Positions 1 to 9,684 of a DNA stretch of 32,000 nt are shown here, piece after piece (the stretch's first letter is position 1; each line of letters starts with the position of its first letter). Origin of the DNA: Sinorhizobium meliloti (lineage in GTDB: Bacteria > Pseudomonadota > Alphaproteobacteria > Rhizobiales > Rhizobiaceae); contig NZ_JAGIOS010000003.1 in the NCBI RefSeq assembly GCF_017876815.1, forward strand, positions 510,001 to 542,000, written 5' to 3'. Made by a program: the position numbers and the translations under genes. The notes beneath the pieces were generated by a model. The model had not been told where the DNA came from, made no database searches, and worked only from the letters and a program-made list of their open reading frames with translations.

Positions 1-1185
1 CCGCACCAGTTCTCCGGCGGGCAGAGGCAACGCGTCGTCATCGCCATTGCGCTTGCCGGCTCTCCTGACATCATCATCGCCGACGAGCCGACCTCGGCGC
101 TCGATGCGACGGTTCAGAAGCAGGTTCTGGAACTTCTAAAGATACTTGTCGACGAAACCGGTGTCTCGATCATCCTCGTCACCCACGACATGGGCGTGAT
201 CTCCGAAATCACCAACCGGGTACTCGTCATGCGAAAGGGCCAGGTGGTGGAGGCGGACCGCACGACCGCCATTCTCGATCAGCCCGGCCATGACTACACG
301 AAGAAGCTGCTCGCCGCTGTTCCAAGGCTTCGAATCCCGACACGCATTGATAGCGGCCAAGCAGGCTCTTCCGCCCTAGACGGCGACCAGAACCCGCTTC
401 TGGTCGCGGAAGGCCTTTCGAAACAGTTCGCGCCGCAGGGTTTTGCCTGGGGCGTCGGCCGGGGCAAGCCGAGATTCGGCCTGCGCGACGTCGGTATTCG
501 CCTGGCGCGCGGGTCGATCACCGGGATCGTCGGCGAGAGCGGCAGTGGAAAGACGACGTTCGGCCGCATCCTCGCGGGCCTCGACAAGGCGCCGACCGGC
601 AGGATCACAATCGGGGAACACGCCTTCGACGTTTCGCGAAGCGGCCGCCGCAGCGGTCTTCTCGGCCGCGTCCAGATGATCTTCCAGGATCCATCCGTCT
701 CCCTCAACCCCCGCATGACCATCGGCGAGACGCTGGACGAGAGCATCCGCTTCGGCGGGAGGATCCGTTCCGGCGAAGAGCCGGCGGAAGTGGCCGCAAT
801 GATGGATCGGCTTGGTCTTCCGCGAAGCCTGCTCGCCCGCCATCCGCATCAGCTCTCCGGTGGCCAAAAGCAGCGTGTCTGTATCGCTCGCGCCCTGTTG
901 GCACGGCCTGAGATCATCGTCGCGGACGAGCCGACATCCGCGCTCGACGTCTCGGTTCAGGCCGAGATCGTCGGTCTCCTGAAGGACACCATAGCGGAGC
1001 GGGCGATGACAATGGTCTTCATCTCCCATGACCTCGCGATCGTTCAAGCGATGTGCAGCTCCGTCTACATCTTCAAGGACGGCCGGATCGAGGATTTCGG
1101 GCCCACCGAGTTCATCTTCTCGCGATCCGACAATCCCTACACCCGCGCGCTCATCAACGCCCGCCCCCAGCGGTTCACATGCTGA
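1..1185 (+). CDS. ABC transporter ATP-binding protein, fused double ATPase (peptide/Opp-Dpp type); 5' end lies outside the window
   Basis: Frame 1 is open from base 1. It reads [18 protein letters not shown]...[12 protein letters not shown], the signature and Walker B of a first ABC domain. The second domain has Walker [10 protein letters not shown], signature [15 protein letters not shown] and Walker [13 protein letters not shown]. Stop TGA at 1183-1185. The ORF-track start at 190 is an internal Met. Confidence 0.9.
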   Translation, partial: PHQFSGGQRQRVVIAIALAGSPDIIIADEPTSALDATVQKQVLELLKILVDETGVSIILVTHDMGVISEITNRVLVMRKGQVVEADRTTAILDQPGHDYTKKLLAAVPRLRIPTRIDSGQAGSSALDGDQNPLLVAEGLSKQFAPQGFAWGVGRGKPRFGLRDVGIRLARGSITGIVGESGSGKTTFGRILAGLDKAPTGRITIGEHAFDVSRSGRRSGLLGRVQMIFQDPSVSLNPRMTIGETLDESIRFGGRIRSGEEPAEVAAMMDRLGLPRSLLARHPHQLSGGQKQRVCIARALLARPEIIVADEPTSALDVSVQAEIVGLLKDTIAERAMTMVFISHDLAIVQAMCSSVYIFKDGRIEDFGPTEFIFSRSDNPYTRALINARPQRFTC

Positions 1186-1272
1186 GCGGCGCGGCACGCC
1201 TCACCGACAGCATCCAGGCAGGATCTGCCAAATTTTCGAAACGCACACGCATTGCCACAGAAGGTCACCCAA

Positions 1273-2508
1273 ATGAATGACAGGTTCACATTGGCCGTAA
1301 CCGGCCAATCTCTCATCAAGCACGATATCCGCGACATTCCTGCTCCTGCCTTCCGTGAGGTTCAGTCCCTCCTTCGCCAGGCGGATCTCTCATTCACCAA
1401 CTTCGAGGGAACGATCCTTGGGCGTCACGGCGGGTGGCCGCTCAAAGGTTCGTTCTTCGGCTGCAGCGATCCGGTCGTTCTCGACACCCTCCGGGCGATA
1501 GGGTTTCGGGCACTTTCGCTCTCGAACAACCATGCTTTCGACCTCGGCCCGTCCGGCGTGCTTTCGACGCTCGAGGAAGTGGAGAAGCGAGGCTTCCTCC
1601 ATGCCGGCCTCGGCCGCGATCAAGCGCAAGTCTCGCGGGCGAGCACCGCAACGATCGGCGGGCGGCGGGTCGCGATCGTCGCAATGGACGGAGGCCCCGG
1701 TCCGGATTTCATGTATGCTGCCGATGGCGACGACGACCGACCAGCACGCCCGGGCGTCAACCGGCTGCGTCTCACCCAGGTACTCGCGGTCGACGGAGCT
1801 GCCTTCGAACAGATTAGGGCCATTCGCGACAAGATCGGTTATACGGCGATCGATCTCACCAATGACAGTCAGCCGGACGATCCGCCGCGCCTCGCCGCGG
1901 AATCCGAGGTCGGCATCTCGCGTGCCGTCTTCAGGCGATCGGGGAAATTCGGACGCAGCGTCAAGATCGATGAGGCGGATCTGTCCAGGAACCTCTCAGC
2001 AATCGCGACCGCCGCCAAGGACGGATCTCTGGTGGTCGCGTATCTGCACCATCACCATTGGGCGTCCGACTGGTACCAGGTCCCTGACTGGGTGAGCGGC
2101 GTCGCCAGAGAGTGCATCGATGCTGGTGCTGCCATGTTCGTCAGCCACGGTGCGCCCGTTCTCCAGCCGATCGAGATCTACCGGGGCCGGCCGATCTTCT
2201 ACAGCCTGGGGAATTTCATTTTCCATGTGCGTTCGGAGAAGTCGACGTGGACGGCACCCGAAGTCTGGGAAAGCGTCATCGGGGTCTGCTCGTTCGGCGA
2301 GGACAATAGACTTATCGAGATCACGCTTTATCCCGTCGTCATCGGAGGCGACGAGGCATTGGCCGACAGGATGCTGGAACGACGCCTGGCGCCACATCTT
2401 GCGACCGGGGAAAGTGCCGCGCGCATCTTGCGGCGGTGTTCAGAACAATCGGCCAGGCTCGGCGTCGACATCGAGGTTTCCGGCGGTGTCGGTCTAATCA
2501 GGCTCTAG
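1273..2508 (+). CDS. CapA-family protein (poly-gamma-glutamate capsule synthesis-like metallophosphoesterase fold)
   Basis: Motifs LSLSNNHAFDLG, VAYLHHHHW and FVSHGAPVLQPIEIYRGRPIFYSLGNFIF are typical of the CapA/PGA_cap family. ATG 1273 (MNDRF) has GAAGG 9-13 nt upstream, so it is preferred over ATG 1252. Confidence 0.75.
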   Translation: MNDRFTLAVTGQSLIKHDIRDIPAPAFREVQSLLRQADLSFTNFEGTILGRHGGWPLKGSFFGCSDPVVLDTLRAIGFRALSLSNNHAFDLGPSGVLSTLEEVEKRGFLHAGLGRDQAQVSRASTATIGGRRVAIVAMDGGPGPDFMYAADGDDDRPARPGVNRLRLTQVLAVDGAAFEQIRAIRDKIGYTAIDLTNDSQPDDPPRLAAESEVGISRAVFRRSGKFGRSVKIDEADLSRNLSAIATAAKDGSLVVAYLHHHHWASDWYQVPDWVSGVARECIDAGAAMFVSHGAPVLQPIEIYRGRPIFYSLGNFIFHVRSEKSTWTAPEVWESVIGVCSFGEDNRLIEITLYPVVIGGDEALADRMLERRLAPHLATGESAARILRRCSEQSARLGVDIEVSGGVGLIRL

Positions 2509-2638
2509 CCTGCAGCGCCTCATACCAAGGAGCTCACTATTTCCTCCACCGCGACAGCGGGACGCGACAGTGAGCCCGCCCCTTTCAGCTAAAAACGCGA
2601 CCGACAAAGGTCGCATCTTCTGCATGAGGATGAAGAGC

Positions 2639-3865
2639 ATGAGAGTTCGGGAAGAACTTGTCAGCCGGTTTTTTCGCTATGCCGCGATCGAGAGCCAAAG
2701 CAACGGCCGCTCGCAGTCCCTGCCGTCCTCGCCGGGACAGGCGGCACTTGCCGCCCTGCTCGCCGACGAGATGCGCGCCATCGGCCTGGAGGACGTCTGC
2801 ATCGACGCGCATGCCATCGTGACGGGAATAAAACGTGGCAACAGGCCTGCAGCACCACCGATCGGCTTCATCGCGCATCTCGACACGGTCGATGTCGGCC
2901 TCTCGCCCGTCGTCCGCCCTCAAGTCCTCCGCTTCAAGGGCGAGGACCTTTGCATCAACCGTCAAGAGGACATCTGGCTACGGGTCGCCGAACATCCGGA
3001 AATTCTTGACTGGTTGGGAGAAGAGATCATCGTCGGCGACGGCACCAGCGTGCTCGGTGCGGACAACAAGGCCGCCATCGCCGTGATCATGACGCTGATT
3101 GCCCGGCTCGATCACGAGGTCGGCCACGGCGACGTCTTTGTCGCCTTCGTGCCGGACGAGGAAGTCGGAATGCGCGGCGCCAAGGCGATGGACCTCTCCC
3201 GCTTCCCTTGTGACTTTGCCTACACGATCGACTGCTGCGAACTTGGCGAGGTGGTCCTGGAGACATTCAACGCCGCGTCCTGCGAGATCGTCTTTACCGG
3301 CGTCAGTGCGCACCCGATGTCCGCGAAGGGAATGCTGGTCAATCCCCTCCTGATGGCGATCGACTTCATCTCCCACTTCGACCGCAAGGAGACGCCTGAA
3401 TGCACGGACGAACGCCAGGGCTTTTTCTGGTTCAAGGACCTCATCGCCAACGACAGCGTGGCGAGCTTGACCGCCCTGATCCGGGATTTCGACACAGATG
3501 GCTTCAATCGGCGCAAACACCGGATTGCCGAGGTCGCGGAACAAATGCGATCTCGCTATCCCACCGCAAATGTCCGGTATCAGATCATCGACACCTATCG
3601 GAACATCTCCACGAGCCTCGCTCGTGACGAGCGTGCCGTCGCTCTTCTGTTCAAGGCCATGGAGGAACTTGGCATCGAGAAGAAAGTGATCGCGATGCGC
3701 GGCGGCACCGATGGCGCGGTCCTCTCCGCCAAAGGAATACCGACACCGAACTTCTTCACCGGCGCCTACAACTTCCATTCACGCTACGAGTTTCTGCCCG
3801 TGCCAGCCTTCGAAAGATCGTTGGAAGTTGCGTTGAAGATTTGTCAGTTGGCGGCGTTTGACTGA
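2639..3865 (+). CDS. pepT: Peptidase T (M20B tripeptide aminopeptidase)
   Basis: Colinear with my memory of E. coli PepT: N-terminus ...LVSRFFRYAAIESQS, then FIAHLDTVD, GADNKAAIAVIMT, FVPDEEVGMRGA and RGGTDGAVLSAKGIPTPNFFTGAYNFHSRYEF. ATG 2639 is preceded by AGGA and gives 408 aa. The alternative starts 2570, 2624 and 2630 are less likely. Confidence 0.85.
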   Translation: MRVREELVSRFFRYAAIESQSNGRSQSLPSSPGQAALAALLADEMRAIGLEDVCIDAHAIVTGIKRGNRPAAPPIGFIAHLDTVDVGLSPVVRPQVLRFKGEDLCINRQEDIWLRVAEHPEILDWLGEEIIVGDGTSVLGADNKAAIAVIMTLIARLDHEVGHGDVFVAFVPDEEVGMRGAKAMDLSRFPCDFAYTIDCCELGEVVLETFNAASCEIVFTGVSAHPMSAKGMLVNPLLMAIDFISHFDRKETPECTDERQGFFWFKDLIANDSVASLTALIRDFDTDGFNRRKHRIAEVAEQMRSRYPTANVRYQIIDTYRNISTSLARDERAVALLFKAMEELGIEKKVIAMRGGTDGAVLSAKGIPTPNFFTGAYNFHSRYEFLPVPAFERSLEVALKICQLAAFD

Positions 3866-4039
3866 GAACGTCGCGAACTGCGTACTCGAGCGGCCAGGCG
3901 CTCGACAAACGAGACAACCGACTGCTTGGCCTCGCCTTCATTCCAGGAGGGAAGCGCATCTGCACGCTGGGCAGTTGAAGCAAATACCAGCAGAATGATT
4001 GGCAACAGGTAGCTCTTTGCACCGAATGAAATAGGTCAT
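3844..4039 (-). pseudogene. 5' remnant of a secreted HAD-like hydrolase gene (signal peptide plus about 25 mature residues), frameshifted and truncated against the pepT 3' end
   Basis: GAGGAG lies 8 nt upstream of ATG 4039 (MTYFIR..). One frame over, the sequence continues as AKSYLLPIILLVFASTAQRADA|LPSWNEGEAKQSVVSFVERL. That is a textbook signal peptide followed by the 'LPSWN(D/E)G.AKQ..V.FV' N-terminus I associate with HAD-type phosphatases. The similarity ends near 3895 and no DGTLW-type core follows. Confidence 0.3.
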
Positions 4040-4087
4040 GGCCCAATCTCCTCACGGTTCTCATCAGCAGGCACGCCATGGGTTACG

Positions 4088-4662
4088 TCACTCTTTCGCG
4101 ACATGTGCCGGGCCGCCGTGATCAAGGCCATCGCGATATTCCAAGAGCAGATCCCAAAGCCGGCCTTCACCGAGTGCAACGGCAAATTCCCTCGAAGCTA
4201 GATAGGGGATGAGTATCAGCAGCATGACCACGCTTGTTGCCAGAAGCTCTGGTAGCTTGGCGCCTCCAACTTCCGCAAGCGTGGCGGCGATCGTTCTGCC
4301 GTTGCTGAGCCCGACGATCGCTTCCTCGACGATGGACAGGACGATGAGCAGAAGAAGGTAGAGCCGGCCTTGTAGGCGATAACGGAAACGAGCCGCAGCC
4401 CTCCATATCGTTCACCCAATTTCATTGCATGGCCGAGAAGGATGAACTTCCCGAGGATCAGCGCCTTGAAAACCGGGACGCCGAATGAAGAGACGTGCAC
4501 GCCCTGACTGCCAAGTATAGCCATCTTGTAAAGGACGAGCGCACCGAAGCAGACGTACAGATACACGGACAAAAGGGCATACTCCTTCAACTCGCGCTTT
4601 GCTCTTTGGGCAATTGTCGCAGTCGGGCGGCCTTTCTCTATCGTCATCAGTCTGCCTTTCAT
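4088..4662 (-). pseudogene. Multi-pass membrane protein of unknown function, interrupted by a frameshift near 4355-4375
   Basis: ORF 4216..4662 begins as a plausible TM protein (..YALLSVYLYVCFGALVLYKMAILG..VPVFKALILGKFILLGHAM..VIAYKAG). It then degenerates into S/R/C-rich sequence. One frame over, a clean hydrophobic continuation runs to TGA 4088: LYLLLLIVLSIVEEAIVGLSNGRTIAATLAEVGGAKLPELLATSVVMLLILIPYLASREF... That frame has no start codon of its own. The two frames differ by a net 1-nt loss. The start is ATG 4662 or ATG 4647. Confidence 0.5.
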
Positions 4663-4724
4663 TCGCGCTGAAGGTCGCGCCGGCTGCTTGGCTTGCGCGA
4701 CCCTGCGATGATTTCATAATCGGG

Positions 4725-6362
4725 TCAGTGCCTGCCGCCCTCCTGCAGCTTCGCCATCACTTCGTTCAGCGCAAAGCTGCCAGGCGTTTGCCGCGGCGGG
4801 AAATCGACGTAGGTCTGCAGGTGCCGGACCACGAAAGCCTGGGCCGGCACGAGCGCAAAGGCATGCTCGACACGCCACCGGTCGTAGTCACCGGCGACAT
4901 GCTGGGCGATCTCGAAAGGATCAGCCCGCAGGTCGATGAGTTTGGGGAAGCGCAGCGTTATCAACGGATCCTGCCACACATCGAGACCTTCGGCCCGCTG
5001 TTCCATGAACACAAGCTTCCAGCGATCATAGCGCAGCGCAGCGAGATTTCCGTCGTCCGTCCAGTAGAAGTATTCCTTGCGCGAACTTGGCCCACTTCCC
5101 GCGAGCAGTTCCCGCTGATTGTACCCGTCGAGATGGACCTTGAAGGTCTTGCCCGCCGCCTCGTAGCCGGTGAGAAGCTTTTGCTTGACATCCGGTTCGC
5201 CGGCCGCCGCCACGAATGTCGGAACCCAGTCTTCGTGAGAGACGATCTCGTTGATTTCCGTGCCGGGCTTGATGACCCCCGGCCAGCGCATGACACCAGG
5301 AACCCGGTAGCCACCTTCCCAGTTGGTGTTCTTCTCGCCATGAAACGGCGTGGATCCACCGTCCGGCCACGAAAAGACCTCTGCGCCGTTGTCGGTTGTA
5401 AACAATACGATGGTGTTGTCAGCGATGCCCAAGTCGTCCAGTTGCTTTAGAAGCTGGCCAACCATGCCGTCGAATTCCGTCATACCGTCGGCCACCAAGC
5501 CGAGGCCGGTTTTGCCTTGTGACTCCGGCTTCAGATGCGTGTAGATATGCATTCGGGTCGCATTGAACCAGCAGAAGAACGGCTTTCCGGCCTTCTGGTT
5601 CTTATCGATGAAATTCATCGCGGCGCCCAAGAACTCCCCGTCGACCGTCTCCATGCGCCTTTTGTCGAGCGGTCCAGTGTCCTCAATTTTCTGCTTGCCT
5701 ACCCTGCCAAAGCGCGGGTCTTCGGTCGGGTCATCCGTGTCGCTCGCGACGCATCTAAGCACGCCGCGCGGACCGAATTTGGCGCGGAACTGCGGGTCTT
5801 TCGGGTAGTCGGGGTTTTCCGGCTCCTCTTCGGCATTGAGGTGATAGAGATTGCCGAAGAATTCATCAAATCCGTGCACGGTCGGCAGGAATTCATTGCG
5901 GTCGCCAAGATGATTCTTGCCGAACTGACCGGTAGCGTAGCCGTGCGGCTTGAGCAGCTCAGCTAGCGTTGGATCCTTGTCCGACAGGCCTTCCTTGGCG
6001 CCTGGAAGACCAACTTTGAGGAGCCCGGTGCGGAAGCAGCTTTGCCCTGTAATGAACGCGGCGCGTCCCGCAGTGCAGGACTGTTGGGCGTATAGGTCGG
6101 TAAAGATCGCCCCTTCGTCGGCAATGCGGTCGATGTTGGGGGTTTGGTATCCCATCTGGCCGCGGTTGTAGGCGCTTGTGTTCCACCAGCCGATATCGTC
6201 GCCGAAGATAACCAGTATATTCGGCTTTTTGCCCGCCGTTTGCGCTTTTGCGCCCGCGCCGGTCAAAGAACCCAAAGCCGTTACGGCCAGCAAAGATCCT
6301 CCCGCAAGCAGAACCTCGCGCCGGCTTGGATGGCGGCGCGAATTTGCGTGCTTATCGCTCAT
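4725..6362 (-). CDS. Arylsulfatase (formylglycine-dependent sulfatase) with a Tat-type signal peptide
   Basis: Sulfatase core NILVIFGDDIGW and the C-x-A-x-R maturation motif (QQSCTAGRAAFITG). The N-terminus MSDKHANSRRHPSRREVLLAGGSLLAVTALG is a twin-arginine signal. ATG 6362 has GGGAGAAG upstream. The ORF-track start at 6515 adds 51 implausible residues. Confidence 0.9.
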   Translation of the reverse strand: MSDKHANSRRHPSRREVLLAGGSLLAVTALGSLTGAGAKAQTAGKKPNILVIFGDDIGWWNTSAYNRGQMGYQTPNIDRIADEGAIFTDLYAQQSCTAGRAAFITGQSCFRTGLLKVGLPGAKEGLSDKDPTLAELLKPHGYATGQFGKNHLGDRNEFLPTVHGFDEFFGNLYHLNAEEEPENPDYPKDPQFRAKFGPRGVLRCVASDTDDPTEDPRFGRVGKQKIEDTGPLDKRRMETVDGEFLGAAMNFIDKNQKAGKPFFCWFNATRMHIYTHLKPESQGKTGLGLVADGMTEFDGMVGQLLKQLDDLGIADNTIVLFTTDNGAEVFSWPDGGSTPFHGEKNTNWEGGYRVPGVMRWPGVIKPGTEINEIVSHEDWVPTFVAAAGEPDVKQKLLTGYEAAGKTFKVHLDGYNQRELLAGSGPSSRKEYFYWTDDGNLAALRYDRWKLVFMEQRAEGLDVWQDPLITLRFPKLIDLRADPFEIAQHVAGDYDRWRVEHAFALVPAQAFVVRHLQTYVDFPPRQTPGSFALNEVMAKLQEGGRH

Positions 6363-6540
6363 CTTTCTTCTCCCTGATTGCTTTGAAGGCAGGCATGGTG
6401 GCACCAACACCCGCGGGCGTCCGGCCACTTCGGTCGGAACACACCCTCCCTCAATGATGTCGGATTTTCTGGCACTCTCCCCTTGATGGCGCTTCCGCTG
6501 TTTTTCTGGTGGCAATTCTATGAAGTTTATGAACAGGCGC

Positions 6541-6560
6541 TATTGTACTTTGGGGAAGAC
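6541..6560. promoter_or_regulatory. Copy A of a repeated 20-nt motif, TATTGTACTTTGGGGAAGAC
   Basis: About 180 nt upstream of the arylsulfatase ATG. It is 18/20 identical to copy B (7055-7074) and related to inverted copy C (9685-9699). Confidence 0.4.
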
Positions 6561-6594
6561 ACTTCCTGTATGCGGGTAGACCCCGATCCGACGC

Positions 6595-6977
6595 TCAATC
6601 CATTGCATCCCCGGCGAGTGCCTCCTTGACTGCAGCAATCAACGAGGCAGCGGCAAACGGCTTCTGGAGATAGGCGAGGCAACCCACCCTACGCGCCTCC
6701 AGTTCGAGCGCATCATCATCGATAGCCGTGATGAAAATGACCGGGAGCCGGCAATGAGCGGTTTTCAGCCGGCGCCGCAACTCCATGCCCGACATGTCCA
6801 CAAGGTGCATGTCGAGCACGACGCAGCCGAGCTTCGCCGGCGTAGCGTGGCTGAGAAAGGCTTCGGCCGAGGAGTATCCCTCGGTCCTCAAACCACAGCG
6901 TTCAGCAACCGCTCTACGCTCGTCCGCATGCTCGGATTGTCTTCCACGACAGCAACCGTGCGTGGTCGGGTTCCCAA
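6595..6977 (-). pseudogene. Stand-alone receiver-domain response regulator (CheY-like), frameshifted near 6888-6896
   Basis: The C-terminal two thirds is a good REC domain (GCVVLDMHLVDMSGMELRRRL..LPVIFITAIDD..GCLAYLQKPF). In the ORF-track frame the N-terminus is non-REC. One frame over, TTG 6977 (GGAAAGG upstream) gives MGTRPRTVAVVEDNPSMRTSVERLLNAVV*, the missing beta1/acidic-pocket/alpha1 segment. Restoring one G in GTGG(G)TTT would join ..LLNAVGLRTEGYSSAEAFL. Confidence 0.6.
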
Positions 6978-7054
6978 CGTACTGCCTTTCCAGTGCTGGT
7001 CGGCCGCGGAATGCGGTCATGAAGGCCATTAGGAGCCAAAATTGCGGTGTCGCC

Positions 7055-7074
7055 TATTGTCCTTAGGGGAAGAC
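7055..7074. promoter_or_regulatory. Copy B of the repeated 20-nt motif, TATTGTCCTTAGGGGAAGAC
   Basis: Lies in the intergenic region between the two response-regulator genes, just upstream of the stand-alone receiver gene. Confidence 0.4.
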
Positions 7075-7097
7075 GAATGTGAAGGCCGGCGCGTCAG

Positions 7098-7707
7098 TCA
7101 TGTGGTTTTTTCAAGCAAGCCCAGTCGTTCCGCCATCGACACGACCTCGGCAAGAGAGCGGACTCCCAGCTTTTCCATGACCTTGTGACGGTGTGCCTTG
7201 ACGGTCCGCTCAGATGTGTTGAGCTCAAAGGCGATCTGCTTGTTGCGCTTGCCACGAACGATCAGGTCGAAGACTTGTGACTCCCGTGGTGCTGGCAAGA
7301 AGAGTATGCAGCGCTTGGGCGCGATCGTGCTCCTTGCGTCTCGTCTCACAAAGCTGCAGCGCCCGTTCAACGGCTTCAAGCACCGCCGCGCTCGAGGCCG
7401 GCTTTTCGAGAAAGTCATGGGCGCCAGCCTTCATCGCCCGCACAGTAATCCCGATATCGCCACGGCCGGTGAGGAAGACGATCGGCAGGAGAGGTGCCAA
7501 ATCGGCAAGACGAGCCTGCAGCTCCAAGCCGGATAGGCCAGGCATCTGCAAGTCGAGCAGAATGCAGCCGGACCCCCTTGGCAGGCGTGCCAGTAACTCT
7601 TCCCCAGATGAGTAGGACTCGATTTGGAAGCCCGAGGCCGCTAGCATTCGCCCCACCGCTGCGCGGAACGATTTGTCGTCATCGACGATATGAACGGTCG
7701 GGCCCAC
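7098..7707 (-). pseudogene. FixJ/NarL-family response regulator (REC + LuxR-type HTH), split by a frameshift near 7285-7296
   Basis: ORF 7225..7794 encodes the REC domain (TVHIVDDDKSFRAAV..ILLDLQMPGLSGLEL..PIVFLTGRGD..AGAHDFLEKP). ORF 7098..7418, one frame over, encodes the HTH (PRESQVFDLIVRGKRNKQIAFELNTSERTVKAHRHKVMEKLGV). The junction is ..ALHTLLAS|(T)PRESQVF at the sequence GCCAGCACCACGG. The span is 610 nt, which is not a multiple of 3. The likely start is GTG 7707, 4 nt after the kinase stop. Confidence 0.7.
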
Positions 7708-7711
7708 TGAA

Positions 7712-9613
7712 TCACCCCGGTCGCGCGAGGGGCAGGACAAAGCGAAAGACAGCACCGCCCTGCGGGCGGTTGTCGGCCCAGAGCTTGCCACCATATATTT
7801 CTATTATTACGCGAGCAATCGAAAGACCAAGCCCGGTGCCAGTTGGCTTGGTCGTATAGAAAGCATCGAAGATGTTGCTGAGCTTGTCGCTTGGAATCCC
7901 GCTCCCGGTGTCGGAAATCGACACTTCAACCTTTTCATTTCTGTCGACCATCGTCGTTTGAAACATCAGATTTCGCTCGGCGGTCGGTGCTTGGAGCATG
8001 GCGTCCATCGCGTTAATCGCCAGGTTGAGAATGACTTGCTGGACATGCACCCGATCGGCGCGAACCGGCAGCCCTTGCGCGGACGCAACGGAACTGACGG
8101 TCACATCTCGCCGCTGAGCTTCCGGGTGAAGAATGTGAATCGCGCTCCGAACGACATCGTTCAAGTCGAATTCTTGCCAGTCGATCTCGCTGCGCTTCCT
8201 CAGCAATCCCCTCATCCGGTCAATGATGTCGCCAGCGCGCTGGTCGTCGTCGCGGATGTCGGCGAGAATCTGCTGGATCAGCTTCAAGTCGGGATTCGGT
8301 CTCTCGAGCATCAGGGCTGCGGTTTCGGCGTTGATGCGGATGGCACCGAGCGGTTGATTGAGCTCATGGGCGATCGAGGCCGACAGTGCACCGGCAGTGG
8401 CCGATTGGTTCAGATGGATAACCTCGAGAAGACGATGACGCGCTTGAAACTCCGCGGCTGCCCGGCGACGGCGTTCAAGGACCAACGAAACGATAACCAG
8501 ACTTTGAGCTGCGACAAAGGCGGATATCGCTATGATCTCCTTCCAGTATTCTTGCCAAAGCGACCTTTCCTTGAACAATACGGCGGTGCCAAGCGGAAGA
8601 TCGGCTTCGGAAAGCCCCCAACGCCGCAATTGCCGTGAATCGGCCATGTAGCTTTGCGGTACGGTGATATCGGTGATCGCCTTGCCGGCAAGGGCGTCGA
8701 TGGCAAGACCGGCGACGGCGGTCCCGGTGGATTCGAAAGTCGCCGCATTGCCGCCGACGACGCCATGGTCCAGATATGTGGAATATGGACCATAGACCGG
8801 GGCGCTGGCCGCTTTCGCGATCTTTTCCAGTGAATTGCGCGGGACGAAGTTCCGGCCGGTGCGATCACTTAGCACGGTCAAGACGACGACAATTGTGTCT
8901 GGCGGAAGAGCTGCCACGCGCTCGACAAACTCCTCGATGGACAATCCGGTGAGATAGGTCGTCTCAATATAGCTCGGCAGGCCGATCAGGTCTTCCTGCG
9001 CCGCCGCGACCCATGCTTTGTCGAATTCGGCAGATCCCGCAATCACCACAACTTGCCGGGCGTCCGGCTGCAATCCGATCGCCATCTCGACGGTTTTCCT
9101 TATCTCGAATTCCGTCAATGCGCCCACGACGTCATTTGGCAAGCGCAACTCCTCGGCAGTGGCACTGCCGAATCCGCCGAAGACGATTTTCGCATCCGGC
9201 GCGATTGCATTTCGGTTCGCAACAATGAAACGGGTTGATTCCTCACCCAGGGCGATGACCAGGTCCGGTCGGCCATCGCTGTACTTCTCAGCGAGATAGC
9301 GCGCTATGCGATCGACGTGGCCTTTCTTCGGAAATCTCGAAAGATCGAGGAACTCCGAGAAGACCTCGACCTTGCCGGAGGTCGCCTCGACGAGCCGAGT
9401 TCTCGCGGCCTCACCGACGATATTCGTAGCGGGAATGCGCTCATCATAGGGGTAGAGGATCAGGACACGTGGAACCGGCCCTGCGCCTTGCGCAGAACAA
9501 ATTCCGGTCGCCCCGAAAATCACGACCAACAGAAGACAGATGAAGGCGGACGCGTTCAGGCATGAGGGGCTCACACGGATTCTGCCGAAACGTGCCTGGG
9601 ACCGAGCAATCAT
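7712..9613 (-). CDS. Sensor histidine kinase with a periplasmic solute-binding-protein-like sensor domain
   Basis: An N-terminal signal/TM segment is followed by a ~300-aa periplasmic domain resembling the ABC substrate-binding fold (VLILYPYDERIP...VVVIAGSAEFD...). After a TM segment come the H-box SASIAHELNQPLGAI and the HATPase region DTGSGIP..FDAFYTTKPTGTGLGLSIARVIIEIYGG. Confidence 0.9.
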   Translation of the reverse strand: MIARSQARFGRIRVSPSCLNASAFICLLLVVIFGATGICSAQGAGPVPRVLILYPYDERIPATNIVGEAARTRLVEATSGKVEVFSEFLDLSRFPKKGHVDRIARYLAEKYSDGRPDLVIALGEESTRFIVANRNAIAPDAKIVFGGFGSATAEELRLPNDVVGALTEFEIRKTVEMAIGLQPDARQVVVIAGSAEFDKAWVAAAQEDLIGLPSYIETTYLTGLSIEEFVERVAALPPDTIVVVLTVLSDRTGRNFVPRNSLEKIAKAASAPVYGPYSTYLDHGVVGGNAATFESTGTAVAGLAIDALAGKAITDITVPQSYMADSRQLRRWGLSEADLPLGTAVLFKERSLWQEYWKEIIAISAFVAAQSLVIVSLVLERRRRAAAEFQARHRLLEVIHLNQSATAGALSASIAHELNQPLGAIRINAETAALMLERPNPDLKLIQQILADIRDDDQRAGDIIDRMRGLLRKRSEIDWQEFDLNDVVRSAIHILHPEAQRRDVTVSSVASAQGLPVRADRVHVQQVILNLAINAMDAMLQAPTAERNLMFQTTMVDRNEKVEVSISDTGSGIPSDKLSNIFDAFYTTKPTGTGLGLSIARVIIEIYGGKLWADNRPQGGAVFRFVLPLARPG

Positions 9614-9684
9614 GCGACACCAGGTGGCTGGAAATTATCGAGGAACGCTTCTGAAATGACCTTGAAAGATTACTTCGTCGGCTG

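Noticed and set aside
376-1197. 273-aa minus-strand ORF, plus several shorter ORFs across the ABC gene
   Set aside because: It is antisense to a gene with complete Walker A, signature and Walker B motifs, and its sequence has no protein-like features.
4599-5450. 283-aa + strand ORF over the arylsulfatase 3' half
   Set aside because: It is antisense to a gene with clear sulfatase motifs.
6363-6515. Upstream extension of the arylsulfatase ORF (MPPEKQRKRHQ..)
   Set aside because: There is no RBS and the sequence is non-protein-like. The Tat signal peptide begins at ATG 6362, which has a strong GGGAGAAG RBS.
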